Of a DNA stretch of 64,000 bases, positions 25,525-35,827 are shown in pieces. Numbering within the stretch: position 1 is the first letter of the stretch; every line of letters starts with the position of its first letter. Position numbers and translations under genes: made by a program. The stretch spans positions 10,442-74,441 of the forward strand of contig JAFSJJ010000010.1 in NCBI GenBank assembly GCA_017439345.1, written 5' to 3'. A model generated the notes under the pieces. That model was given only the letters and a program-made list of their open reading frames with translations. It did no database searches and was not told where the DNA came from. This DNA is from Synergistaceae bacterium. GTDB lineage: Bacteria; Synergistota; Synergistia; Synergistales; Aminobacteriaceae.

Positions 25525-26396
25525 TATTGATTTAACTCCTTGTTGACGACATCGAGAATAACTGCGCGTAATTCAGGGTCTTCCAGTGCTAACTGGACAT
25601 TTGCCGAGAGCCAGCCTTTTTGAGTTCCGCAGTCAAATCTGCGTCCTTTGAAGACTACTCCCCATACTGGTTCTTGAGAGCATAATGTCTTGAGAGAGTC
25701 TGTGAGCTGAATTTCTCCGCCGGTGCCTGCCTGCTGGTTGTGCAATAACTCAAATATCTTAGGCGATAATACATAGCGTCCCATGATTGCTAAGTTGCTG
25801 GGTGCTTCCTCAAGCAAGGGCTTCTCTACCATGTCAACGATCTTGTGAATTCCTGGTTCAACTTCGAACTGAGATTTCACTATTCCATAGCGCGAGACGT
25901 TCTGAGGCTCGACCTCTTCAAGGGCTATGACACTGCCGCCCATCTTCTCATGAACGCGGATTAACTGGGCAATAACAGGGTCTTCAGGGTTAATAAATAC
26001 GTCATCGGGCAAAGCTACTGCAAAGAACTCATTCTTGCACATAGGCTCGGCACATAATACAGCGTGGCCAAGTCCTAGAGGCTGTCTCTGCCTGACAAAT
26101 AATATCTCGGCCATGTTCGCTATCTTGAGCATCTTCTCATAAAGTGCTACTTTGCCTCGTGATTTCAGCATTTCCTCGAGTTCAAACGACCGGTCAAAAT
26201 AGTCCTCAATTGAACGCTTGGCACGTCCTGTTATCATTATAATCTCGTTACAGCCTGAAGCTACTGCTTCTTCGACACCATACGAAATTATCGGACGATT
26301 GACAAGGGGAAGCATTTCCTTCGCAAGTTCCTTCGTTACAGGCAAAAAACGAGTCCCTAAACCAGCAACAGGAAATACACATTTCGTAATCTTCAT
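25524..26396 (-). CDS. galU: UTP--glucose-1-phosphate uridylyltransferase
   Basis: Has KCVFPVAGLGTRFLPVTKELAKEMLP at the N-terminus and VEKP. The stop overlaps the downstream ATG by 1 nt. Confidence 0.9.
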   Translation of the reverse strand: MKITKCVFPVAGLGTRFLPVTKELAKEMLPLVNRPIISYGVEEAVASGCNEIIMITGRAKRSIEDYFDRSFELEEMLKSRGKVALYEKMLKIANMAEILFVRQRQPLGLGHAVLCAEPMCKNEFFAVALPDDVFINPEDPVIAQLIRVHEKMGGSVIALEEVEPQNVSRYGIVKSQFEVEPGIHKIVDMVEKPLLEEAPSNLAIMGRYVLSPKIFELLHNQQAGTGGEIQLTDSLKTLCSQEPVWGVVFKGRRFDCGTQKGWLSANVQLALEDPELRAVILDVVNKELNQ

Positions 26397-26414
26397 GATA
26401 AATAAATTACCTCC

Positions 26415-28166
26415 TTAAAAATTTTGAGCAAACTGACTGTTATACAAATCCGCATAAAGTCCGTTCTTCGCTAATAATTCATCGTGAGTCCCGGCTTCAC
26501 AGACATCGCCGTTGTTCATGACTAGAATTAAATCAGCGTTCTTTATCGTCGATAACCTGTGAGCTATTACAAATGACGTTCGACCCTTCATTAAGTTATC
26601 AAGGGCTGACTGTATTATTTTCTCTGTCCTAGTATCTACGTTCGATGTAGCTTCGTCAAGTATCAATACAGGCGAGTTCTTTATCATTGCTCGTGCTATA
26701 GTGATTAACTGCTTCTGACCTGATGAAAGACTTGATATGTCATTTATAATCGTGTCTACGCCTTCGGGTAATGCCTTCACCGAGTAATCAAGACCTGATG
26801 CTTTTAATACGTCATTCAAGTTCTGATCTGAAATATTCTTGCTGGAATAAATAATATTATCTTTAACAGAACCTTCAAACGTCCATATATCCTGAGGCAC
26901 TAAGCCTATAAAGTCATGAAGCCTTTCACGCGATATTGTGCTGATGTCTACTCCGTCAAAGTATATTTTGCCGTCATTCAGGTCATAAAAACGCATTAAT
27001 AAATTCATCATCGTTGACTTGCCTGCGCCGGTCGGCCCTACGATTGCTACTTTCTGGCCGGATTTAATATCTGCGCTGAAATCATGAATTATAATCTGTC
27101 CGGGAACATAGCCGAATTTAACATGTGAGAATTTTACGTCTCCCATGATTTTATTATTATTATTCTCTTTCTCTGGTGAAGTTATTTCGCTGATTTCAGG
27201 CTCCTCGAGAAGCTCAAATATTCTCTCTGCTGAGGCCATCGCAGGCTGCAAGAACGATATGAACTGCGAGATATTTATCAACATCTGAGAAAATATATTC
27301 GAGTACGTCATAAATGCTACCATGACACCTAGTGTTACGCCTTCGGATTTCGAGAGAATTAAATTAGACGTTACAAATACTATCAAGAACTGCGCTATTA
27401 ACCCTCCTGCTGTCATTATGGGCTGCATTATTCCTGATACGAACTGCGATAACCTGGAGCTTTCATATAATTCATCATTGCCGGCTTCGAATAAGGCTTT
27501 AATTCTGTCCTCGTTGTTAAATGCCTTTATTACTGAATGACCGTTGAAGGCTTCTTCTGCAAGAGAATTCACTTTGCCTAACAACATCTGCTGCTTGATA
27601 AAATACGGCTGGGATCTGCCCATCAGGAATTTATTTATATTCAGGAATATAATACTCGTAATCACAGTAACAAGAGCTAATATCACATTCATATAGAGCA
27701 TTATGCACGATGCGCAGATTAATACTACTATTGACGTAACTATTGCGCTTAAATTATTCGTCAAGGCATTAACCATTATGTCTATATCAGTAGTTATCCG
27801 GCTCATAATATCTCCGGTCTGGCGGGTATCAAAATATGACAGGGGTATTCTATCAAGTTTGGCATTTATCTCAGTTCGTAAATCACGGCCCATTAACTGT
27901 GAGACATGAACAAGCATTATATTCTGAATGAACGTTAATAAACTTCCTCCGGCAAGAAATATCACAGCAAGTCCGGAATAATATAACACTTGATTAATAT
28001 TCATAGGCTTAGAAATTCCTGACGCTATCTCATCAGTGATTAGCTTGACTAACTGTGGCAGTACTATCGAAGCTATCGTCCCGATTAATGCAAGTATTAA
28101 CGAGATAAAAATTTTTGCGCTGTATATCTTGAGACGTGAATATATTTTTGCAATTAGTCTTAGCAT
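26415..28166 (-). CDS. ABC exporter subunit (TMD-NBD), consensus ATPase site
   Basis: Six-helix TMD. Walker A is GPTGAGKST, the signature is LSSGQKQL, Walker B is LILDEATSNVD and the H-loop is IAHRLST. Confidence 0.9.
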   Translation of the reverse strand: MLRLIAKIYSRLKIYSAKIFISLILALIGTIASIVLPQLVKLITDEIASGISKPMNINQVLYYSGLAVIFLAGGSLLTFIQNIMLVHVSQLMGRDLRTEINAKLDRIPLSYFDTRQTGDIMSRITTDIDIMVNALTNNLSAIVTSIVVLICASCIMLYMNVILALVTVITSIIFLNINKFLMGRSQPYFIKQQMLLGKVNSLAEEAFNGHSVIKAFNNEDRIKALFEAGNDELYESSRLSQFVSGIMQPIMTAGGLIAQFLIVFVTSNLILSKSEGVTLGVMVAFMTYSNIFSQMLINISQFISFLQPAMASAERIFELLEEPEISEITSPEKENNNNKIMGDVKFSHVKFGYVPGQIIIHDFSADIKSGQKVAIVGPTGAGKSTMMNLLMRFYDLNDGKIYFDGVDISTISRERLHDFIGLVPQDIWTFEGSVKDNIIYSSKNISDQNLNDVLKASGLDYSVKALPEGVDTIINDISSLSSGQKQLITIARAMIKNSPVLILDEATSNVDTRTEKIIQSALDNLMKGRTSFVIAHRLSTIKNADLILVMNNGDVCEAGTHDELLAKNGLYADLYNSQFAQNF

Positions 28167-28168
28167 GA

Positions 28169-29899
28169 TTAATCCTGTCCTGTCTGCGATTTCGCTATTT
28201 CCTGATAGAGTGGGCAGCTTTGCATTAACTCCGAATGAGTACCTTCACCGACTATGCGCCCTTTGTCTATCACTATGATTTTATCAGCGTTAATTATAGT
28301 GCTGATTCTCTGGGCTGCTATCAAGATCGTTGCGTCCTGAAATTCTTCTCGTAAGGCTTGGCGTAACTTCTTGTCAGTAACTAAATCAAGTGCCGAAAAC
28401 GAGTCATCGAATAAATATATCTCAGCAGATTTACTTACTGCGCGCGCGATTGTCAATCTCTGCCTCTGGCCTCCTGAAAAATTACCGCCCCCGTGTTCGA
28501 CTTGAGAATTATAGCTGTCAGGTCTGGCCTCGATAAAGTCTTTAGCCTGTGCAATTTCCGAAGCTCTCTCAAGATTATTATTATTCCCTGAGAAATTTAT
28601 ATTATCTGCTATAGTACCTGTGAACAAAATATTTTTCTGGGGGACATAGCCTATTCTTGAGCGTAAATCAGCAAGATTGAAGTCTTTAACGTCAACGCCG
28701 TCTACTAGAATTCTGCCCTCTGAAGCGTCATATAATCTGGGAATTAAATTCAAGAGCGAACTCTTTCCGCACCCTGTAGGCCCGATAAATGCTACTGTCT
28801 GACCTCGTGAAACACTAAATGATATATCATCAAGAGAATTTGCTCCTGCTCCGGGATACTTGAAGCTGACGTGATTGAATTCTATAGTTCCGGACTTCGC
28901 AATTTCGCCTGAATAATTACCGTCCTGAATGCTCACGGGAGAATTAATTACTTCATTCACGCGGCCTGAACATACTAATAATCTTGGGAGCTGAATAAGC
29001 ATTAACGTTATAATCATGAAAGCATTGATGACTATTCCGCTGTAGAAAAATGCTACCAGCATATCAGAAAACAGAGCAAGTTTCGCTGATGAGTCAGCAA
29101 GAGACATTATCATATATGCTCCGGTTACATAAATAATTATTCCCGGTATGCTCTGAAAGAACGTTAAAACAGGATACATCGCTGACATTCGGGAATTGAC
29201 ATATATATTAGTGTCAGTCAACGGCGCGTTTACGTCATTAAATCTCTTGGCCTGATAATCATAAGCGTTGTAGGCGTGAATTACTCTTATACCTGATATA
29301 TGCTCGAACGAAACTTGATTTAGCTTGTCAGTTAATTTATTTACTATTTTCATTCGGGGCGTTAATGACGTTATCAAGAATATCACGAATATTATTATAA
29401 TCAGGACTATCGAAGCTATTACACCAGTCCAGATATAATTTTGCTTTGATAAATTTATCACGGCTAGAATTCCGGTCAACGGAGCACGAATTATGATCAT
29501 AGGCAGCATTGATATAAACATTTGAATTTGCGTTATATCAAGTGTACAGCGCGTTAATAAGCTCGGCACTGTGAACTCGTTGACTTCCTTCAATGAGAAA
29601 TCTATAACTTTGTCAAATGTCCGTGTCCGTAATCTTTTAGCTATGATGCTTGCTAGTTTTGCCGTGAAATATACGCTTCCTACACCGCATAACAAATTAG
29701 CCCCCGCACAGGCTAACATCGCTAAACATAAAGGCACTATTGCACTGAACGGGGTATTATTATTCTGTAATAAAAGCGTTATATTCTTGATATATTCCGG
29801 GAATAACAAATCAAGTCTGGCCTGACATGCTATTAATACAAGAGCAATAACAAGCCAGATATATTCACGGGCTTTGATTTGACGAAATATATTTTTCAC
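28169..29899 (-). CDS. ABC exporter subunit (TMD-NBD), degenerate ATPase site
   Basis: Walker A is GPTGCGKSS and the signature is FSGGQRQR. Walker B is YLFDDSFSALD (catalytic Glu replaced by Asp) and the H-loop is IAAQRIST (His replaced by Gln). Confidence 0.9.
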   Translation of the reverse strand: MKNIFRQIKAREYIWLVIALVLIACQARLDLLFPEYIKNITLLLQNNNTPFSAIVPLCLAMLACAGANLLCGVGSVYFTAKLASIIAKRLRTRTFDKVIDFSLKEVNEFTVPSLLTRCTLDITQIQMFISMLPMIIIRAPLTGILAVINLSKQNYIWTGVIASIVLIIIIFVIFLITSLTPRMKIVNKLTDKLNQVSFEHISGIRVIHAYNAYDYQAKRFNDVNAPLTDTNIYVNSRMSAMYPVLTFFQSIPGIIIYVTGAYMIMSLADSSAKLALFSDMLVAFFYSGIVINAFMIITLMLIQLPRLLVCSGRVNEVINSPVSIQDGNYSGEIAKSGTIEFNHVSFKYPGAGANSLDDISFSVSRGQTVAFIGPTGCGKSSLLNLIPRLYDASEGRILVDGVDVKDFNLADLRSRIGYVPQKNILFTGTIADNINFSGNNNNLERASEIAQAKDFIEARPDSYNSQVEHGGGNFSGGQRQRLTIARAVSKSAEIYLFDDSFSALDLVTDKKLRQALREEFQDATILIAAQRISTIINADKIIVIDKGRIVGEGTHSELMQSCPLYQEIAKSQTGQD

Positions 29900-29905
29900 G
29901 TTATA

Positions 29906-31045
29906 TTAACCTGCAAAGCCTTCCCATAAGTCTTTGAAATCATGTGTCTGCAAGTACTTAGGGTAATTCTTTCTCACTGTTTCCCATACTTTAGGGTCGC
30001 TTGTAATAGAAAGGCCGTCAACTATAGCCGGATAATTTCTGTGAAGTTCATAGAACAAGAATTCAACGTATTCTGCCTTGTCGCCGAACTCCTGAACAAA
30101 GAAATCATGAATAACATTATCGGCTCTCATACCGTCTTCGCCCATGTTCTGATAATCTATCCTGATAAAGCCGTCTTCTAAGCTCTTCATCATGTGAGCT
30201 AATACCAGCCAGAATTTTTCGGGATTGTCTCTGAAGTAGGCTATTTTCATAACTGAAGACTTCATGAGATTTAATCCGTTCAACTGTGATGATACTGCCT
30301 TTAATGTTCCCTTAGGGCTTCTTGTGCTGCGTGATAAAGACGTAAAACTCGGCCTGTATATATACCAACCTCCGGGGTTGACAACGTAATTCTTTGCATT
30401 GAACAGACACTCAAGCGAGAATATTAAATCTTCGGCTAACTTCATTTCACCGAACTTGATATTATGCGCGAGTAAAAATTCCCTCTTGTAAAGCTGGTTC
30501 CATACTGCCCAGTGATATTTATGCTTTAGCCAGCCGTCAAGACGTTCGTCCATATCATCATTAATTAACGTAACTTCCTGAGCAGGCTGAAAATCAAGAT
30601 GAACTACAAACGATAATACACTATCTTTATCCGTCATATCAACAGGGATATATTCGCCTTTAGCAGGTATAATCGGGTTTAAGCCTGTGTTATGAACTAC
30701 ATCTGCGTTAAATTTACTTGCAGCACTGAACATTTTCTCGAACATTTCGGGCTGAACTTGATCATCGCTGTCAACAAAACCTATATATTTGCCTCGTGCT
30801 TCCTGAATTCCCCGATTACGGGCTTCACCTGCTCCCATGTTTCTGGGCTGATTAATTAACTGTACACGTTCATTATTTCCGTAAAGTTCTTCGCATATCT
30901 TCATGCTGTTATCCGGTGTGCAGTCGTTCACAAGGACAACTTCAAGATTTGAGAGCGTCTGATTCAATATGCTGTCAACGCACACTTTGATATACTTTTC
31001 CACGCCGTAGACAGGCACTATAACTGATACATCGAAATTATTCAT
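29906..31045 (-). CDS. GT2-family glycosyltransferase
   Basis: Contains VSVIVPVYGVEKYIKVCVDSILNQT and FVDSDD. Start moved to the second ATG, 10 nt after AGGAG. Confidence 0.85.
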   Translation of the reverse strand: MNNFDVSVIVPVYGVEKYIKVCVDSILNQTLSNLEVVLVNDCTPDNSMKICEELYGNNERVQLINQPRNMGAGEARNRGIQEARGKYIGFVDSDDQVQPEMFEKMFSAASKFNADVVHNTGLNPIIPAKGEYIPVDMTDKDSVLSFVVHLDFQPAQEVTLINDDMDERLDGWLKHKYHWAVWNQLYKREFLLAHNIKFGEMKLAEDLIFSLECLFNAKNYVVNPGGWYIYRPSFTSLSRSTRSPKGTLKAVSSQLNGLNLMKSSVMKIAYFRDNPEKFWLVLAHMMKSLEDGFIRIDYQNMGEDGMRADNVIHDFFVQEFGDKAEYVEFLFYELHRNYPAIVDGLSITSDPKVWETVRKNYPKYLQTHDFKDLWEGFAG

Positions 31046-31076
31046 GTAAATCATCTCCTGGATTAAATCGATTAAA

Positions 31077-31901
31077 TCAAATCAAATCAAAATTTTTCAG
31101 GGCGTTATATATTCCATCGTGATCTATGTCATCTGTTATATAATCCCCGTATTCTTTGGCTGCGTTTGAACCGTTGCCCATAACTATGCCGGTTCCTGAA
31201 GAGTTCAGCATTTCCAAATCATTAACGCTGTCTCCGAATGCATAAGTATCGCTCACTGACAAGCCGAGTTTCTCACAAAGCCTGCGAATTCCTGAACCCT
31301 TGCTCATGCCCTCAGGGACTATTTCGAAGACATCAAGGCGTTCACGATTTATAAATATGGGCTGCTGAATCAGGACATCATAATATTCTGACATGAGATT
31401 TAGAAATTTCACCCTGTCCCACTTGTCAGCTTCACTGCCTGCTACACATGTTGCCTTGCTGATTATTAATTCGCTGTCAACGTCAATATCGTTAATTGAA
31501 AGCAGATTATCGCCTACAGATTTTCTCAACGTGTCAACTTGTCCTGGAGGGTTAAAGCCTTCGGGGTCGAAATAAAGATTATAACGACCCTCGTAGACTG
31601 CACCGAACTTGTATTTACGAATGGCATTCAGTGTCTGAACAGCAAGCTCATGGGAAAGCTCATAATAAAATAACGTATTATTATCGTGTTCTATCAAAGT
31701 TCCGCAGCCGGATATTATTCCGCTGAAGCCTAGATTTATAACTTGAGACGGGATATTAACTTTCGTTCGTCCTGTGCAGATAAATGCAAGATTGCCTTTT
31801 TCCTGAAGCATTTTGATTGAATCACGTGTACTTTCAGGGATAAAGCCTTTGCTGGTCATTAAAGTCCCGTCTATATCAAAGAAAGCCGCTTTCCTGTTCA
31901 T
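31077..31901 (-). CDS. HAD-IIB (Cof-type) sugar-phosphate phosphatase
   Basis: Contains AAFFDIDGTLM, CTGR and the C-terminal GDSVNDLEM. Confidence 0.85.
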   Translation of the reverse strand: MNRKAAFFDIDGTLMTSKGFIPESTRDSIKMLQEKGNLAFICTGRTKVNIPSQVINLGFSGIISGCGTLIEHDNNTLFYYELSHELAVQTLNAIRKYKFGAVYEGRYNLYFDPEGFNPPGQVDTLRKSVGDNLLSINDIDVDSELIISKATCVAGSEADKWDRVKFLNLMSEYYDVLIQQPIFINRERLDVFEIVPEGMSKGSGIRRLCEKLGLSVSDTYAFGDSVNDLEMLNSSGTGIVMGNGSNAAKEYGDYITDDIDHDGIYNALKNFDLI

Positions 31902-31904
31902 GAT

Positions 31905-33221
31905 TTATTCATGAATTAAACGTTCGACTAACATTTTCTCACAGCTGATAATTCCGACATCGTTAATATAATTATCTATTCCGGCCTCACTAAATCTGCG
32001 TGAAATGCTCTGTACGAGTTTGTCGCTGTCAAATCTCTGCGTTAATCTGAACGTTATATCTTCCTCGTTAGCTCCAACGAAAATATAAAATCCGTCCGTC
32101 GTTGCATGAGGTTCCATTTGAACGCGTTCGACAAGCTGATAATATTCCGGCCTCAAAGTTACGCGTCCTGGATAAGTTATAACGTAAGTATCAGGATTTG
32201 AGCCTTCGTTTGAGTGTGCATTAGAATTCTCGCGTTCAATCTCTTCAATTGACTTAGTGCCGTTCTCAAAGCCTTTAACCGTATTAACTTTTCGTGCTAC
32301 GACAGAGCCGTAATTCTCTTTGTGCAGCTGTGCTTTCATGAAACCTGATAATTCAGTGCATATTTCCGGAAGACTCTTAACGCGTAATTCAGGAGTTATA
32401 GGCAGAATAAAGCTCTCTGAACAGTTCTCGTCAGTCCAGATATTATATAAGTGCCTCAAGTCAACAGGAATTTTCGCAATAATAGTCTGGTCTTCGGGTT
32501 TATACGTGTCATAGACGGCTAAAGTAGTGCATGTTACTAACAAGGGAACAAATGAGACGCCTAACTCTTTAGTCTTTGCTATGAACTGCTTTAGATTTAA
32601 CATGATTTCATAGCTGTGCATCTGGTCGCGTTCTTCAGGGTAAATATCTTCGACTTCAGGGGTCATGTGAAATAAATTCTCAGCCTTAAACTTCCATGAC
32701 GGCGCAATACTTTCATCGGCTAATACTGCATAAGGATTTACGAGGCCTTCTGCTTCGGGGCTGGCATGTAATCTAACGTCTTCATCGGGCTGAACGTCAA
32801 AGCCTTCAAGTTTCGCGTAGTGATATAAAAGCGTCTTCCAAATCGGCCATGATCCTTTGAAGTCCGTCATTCCGTGAAAGAATAATACTGAGAAAGACTT
32901 TTCACCGGTAATAAGAAAATAAAATAAATACCCGTTAGTGTCATCTGTGCCGTAATAGTGCCTTACATCAGGGTCATCAAAGAACGCTATTTCTTTATCA
33001 GAATTATCGATCTTCCAGACCTTATTATCTTTTATTACGGGTCTGAATGCAAAGTTAGGGTATGCCTCAAAAGTTTTCTTGGCTGCAAGTTTCAGATGTT
33101 CGAGATTAACAGGCCTGGTAAGCGTGAAGCTCATTCGGTTGCTGAATGTCGTTGAATGTCCTGCTCCCCTGTAGAACATCATTTTGTTAGAGTAACCTAG
33201 TTCCCTAAGTTCCATATTCAT
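31905..33221 (-). CDS. Condensation/CAT-superfamily-like acyltransferase (HxxxD = HGMTD)
   Basis: Start moved to ATG 33221, 12 nt after AGGAGTG. Contains FFHGMTDFKGSWP. It is a paralog of 37800..39095 along its full length. Confidence 0.65.
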   Translation of the reverse strand: MNMELRELGYSNKMMFYRGAGHSTTFSNRMSFTLTRPVNLEHLKLAAKKTFEAYPNFAFRPVIKDNKVWKIDNSDKEIAFFDDPDVRHYYGTDDTNGYLFYFLITGEKSFSVLFFHGMTDFKGSWPIWKTLLYHYAKLEGFDVQPDEDVRLHASPEAEGLVNPYAVLADESIAPSWKFKAENLFHMTPEVEDIYPEERDQMHSYEIMLNLKQFIAKTKELGVSFVPLLVTCTTLAVYDTYKPEDQTIIAKIPVDLRHLYNIWTDENCSESFILPITPELRVKSLPEICTELSGFMKAQLHKENYGSVVARKVNTVKGFENGTKSIEEIERENSNAHSNEGSNPDTYVITYPGRVTLRPEYYQLVERVQMEPHATTDGFYIFVGANEEDITFRLTQRFDSDKLVQSISRRFSEAGIDNYINDVGIISCEKMLVERLIHE

Positions 33222-33262
33222 GATAAATAAAATCACTCCTTAATAAATTTAAGAAAAAATAC

Positions 33263-35827
33263 TTATCTAGCGCACACACTCTGAATTATACGCGACTTGA
33301 AAAATTTTATTGCTTTTGGACTGTCCGTAACGTGAACGGGGTCTATTGCATCAGGTAAAACATTACGCTTATACTGGAGAATATCACGATATAATATATG
33401 CGTCTTTGGCTCGTTGAACATGATTTTGACTTCACGGGACAGCATTCTTGATACAAGATTTTCTGCACGTGAAATTTTTTCCTTATCGAGTTTTACGCCT
33501 TCATAATACGGAAGCTCCAGAATTAGGCAGTAAGTCTCATCGTCCTTGAAAAATACGAAATCACGGACTTCAATATTTATCTCGCGCTCGCACAATATTG
33601 CAGATTCGTACATATCATCTTCGCTTATTCCCCCGTAAATAGCATAACGCCTTCCTGGAGCTGAGAATATTAAATTCTTATCCGTGAGTTCTTCTGCCTT
33701 GATTATAAGTTCTGTCCTGTATCTATAAAGCCCTGCCAATGTCGATACTATCAGCCTGTAAGACCTGCCCGGTTCTAACTGGTGAGCGTAATACATTCTG
33801 CCGTCATCAAGAGCTTCGAATTCATAAAATGCTGATGTCAAACACAACTTGAACATGTCATGAGAATACACGCTGCCTGCAAAGACTTCTTCTGAGGCAA
33901 TTCCGGCATTCTCTACTGGAATATTCTTTACATATAATTTCAGGTGATGAGCATGTATCTTGAACGCTCCTGAAGTGTTGCATATGAATTTCTCAAGCTC
34001 TGGCCATATCTGACTTATTGCATCGTCTGCATAGAAATCTACTGTCCTGAGTTCTTCGGCCCGTGCCTTATCCGGTGAAATTCTCTTGTTCAGAGCTTCC
34101 CTTAAGCTGTCGGGGAGACCTTCTCTATCACTGATACAGCCTGCTTCTATGTCATTGCAAAGTTCCTGCCAGTGTTCGAACATAAACTCAAGATTATCAA
34201 TCAGTATCCATGCATTAGGCGCGAAAATAACGTCAAGGCCTCGTTCCTTGAGTGCAAAGAATAACCGTGCGTAATCGGCATTCAATATCTCATTCGGGAA
34301 CATCAGCTCAACAGGATTTATCAAATTCAGCCTGTTATTCAGTTCAGTCAAATTGTTCGAGTATAATTCTGACAATATCAAGCCCAGCAAAGTATTTGTA
34401 TACGTGTTGTCCAAGTCAAGACCGGATGAGTGATACGGCAGACTTTCAAGCATCAGGAAAATTTTACGCCCTGCAATCAGCTTCCGAAACTCATCAACGT
34501 AATATTTCAAGTGCCTCTGTGTAAACGGAAGCCTTCTCGCTTTACCCATTATGCCGTGAGTCAGGGCATACGATGTTATGTCGCTGTCTGTGAATATTCC
34601 TGTCTCTGCTATTCTTGCTGTAAGTCTTATCATAGGCTCGTAAGTGTCATAATCAGTCAAGGGCAGCCGCGAAGAATAACCTTCCATTGTCATTATATTC
34701 TCGAACTGATAGCGTTTTCCGTAATCAGAGTGTTCACCGTTCTCAAGAATATTCTTCAATATTTGAGCCTGACAATCTTTCACAGTTATGGGCATTGGCT
34801 GTCTTCGATACGAGATAAAGCTCCGGCTTGAGTCTAATTCTCCCTCATTGATTATAACCTGAGGAAGTGTCAAAAGCTCTTTGCGCCTCTGGTCAGAATA
34901 TAATTTTGTCGCAGGCAGAGGAGTCAGCATTCTCACATATGGTTCAAGAATTTCACGTATTTCATTGCGCGTCTCTTTAGTAATAACAGTGCTTGAGAGT
35001 ATCAGCATTGCCTCATGGGTCAACAAATTATGCATGACATCATTCATATTGAACCCGAAACTCAGACCGGTATCAAATATTTTCTTGAAGCCTAGTGCAT
35101 ACGATATTAACTTCTCATTCGAAAGATCCGTTGCCTGTACAAGCGAGGCACTGTTCACAAAATACACATAGCCAATTAACTGAGGCAGCAAACATACATT
35201 ATCAGCATAACCATACGCCTTGACGTTGAAAGCAAAATCCTCTGCAAAGAATATATCTTCGTCAAAACGCAGATTATGTTCATCGAGAAATTTACGCCTG
35301 TACAGCTTTGAAGTTACCATGCCCCATATTACGTTAAAAATTTTCTTGTCGTCCCAGTTATGCCTGTTCACTACAATGCGTTCTTGAGTCTGATCCCACA
35401 AAACTTTTTCGTTCAAGATTAAGTGCGACTCAGCCTCTAACTCAATCTCACGCCGGAACGCGCATATATCAGAGTTCGTGTTGATTATATTATTCAACGC
35501 AGATTTTATACACTCAGGGGTATATTTATCATCGCCGTCAAGAAATCCTACATAATCGCCCGATGCATGTTCAAGCGCGTAATTTCTGGGACTTGAAGGG
35601 GTGTGATAATCATTATCAAGAATGCATATTTTCACGTTGTCATAACCTGCAAGCATTGTCCGTATACTGTCTTGATAGTCTTTAGGCGAATTGTGAACCG
35701 CCACTACCCACTCAATATCAGCAAAGCCGAACGTCTGAGCCTTCATTGACTCAAACGCCCGTGCGAAGATATTTAAATCTACGTTGTGAAGAGGTGTTAT
35801 TACAGAAATTTTATAATAATCTCTCAT
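33263..35827 (-). CDS. Fusion protein: N-terminal GT2 glycosyltransferase plus C-terminal GH3-like (acyl-acid amido synthetase type) adenylating domain
   Basis: GT2 part: ISVITPLHNV...FLDGDD. From about residue 345 it shows the GH3 pattern AQILKNILENGEHSDYGKRYQFENI...RLPLTDYDTYEPMIRL...SYALTHGIMGKARRLPFT. Confidence 0.7.
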   Translation of the reverse strand: MRDYYKISVITPLHNVDLNIFARAFESMKAQTFGFADIEWVVAVHNSPKDYQDSIRTMLAGYDNVKICILDNDYHTPSSPRNYALEHASGDYVGFLDGDDKYTPECIKSALNNIINTNSDICAFRREIELEAESHLILNEKVLWDQTQERIVVNRHNWDDKKIFNVIWGMVTSKLYRRKFLDEHNLRFDEDIFFAEDFAFNVKAYGYADNVCLLPQLIGYVYFVNSASLVQATDLSNEKLISYALGFKKIFDTGLSFGFNMNDVMHNLLTHEAMLILSSTVITKETRNEIREILEPYVRMLTPLPATKLYSDQRRKELLTLPQVIINEGELDSSRSFISYRRQPMPITVKDCQAQILKNILENGEHSDYGKRYQFENIMTMEGYSSRLPLTDYDTYEPMIRLTARIAETGIFTDSDITSYALTHGIMGKARRLPFTQRHLKYYVDEFRKLIAGRKIFLMLESLPYHSSGLDLDNTYTNTLLGLILSELYSNNLTELNNRLNLINPVELMFPNEILNADYARLFFALKERGLDVIFAPNAWILIDNLEFMFEHWQELCNDIEAGCISDREGLPDSLREALNKRISPDKARAEELRTVDFYADDAISQIWPELEKFICNTSGAFKIHAHHLKLYVKNIPVENAGIASEEVFAGSVYSHDMFKLCLTSAFYEFEALDDGRMYYAHQLEPGRSYRLIVSTLAGLYRYRTELIIKAEELTDKNLIFSAPGRRYAIYGGISEDDMYESAILCEREINIEVRDFVFFKDDETYCLILELPYYEGVKLDKEKISRAENLVSRMLSREVKIMFNEPKTHILYRDILQYKRNVLPDAIDPVHVTDSPKAIKFFKSRIIQSVCAR

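Noticed and set aside
34086-35171. A cluster of four + strand ORFs (62-133 aa) antisense to the GT2-GH3 gene, considered as possible overlapping genes.
   Set aside because: All lie fully inside a strongly supported minus-strand CDS. They are Ser/Cys/Leu-rich as expected for antisense frames, with no RBS and no motifs.
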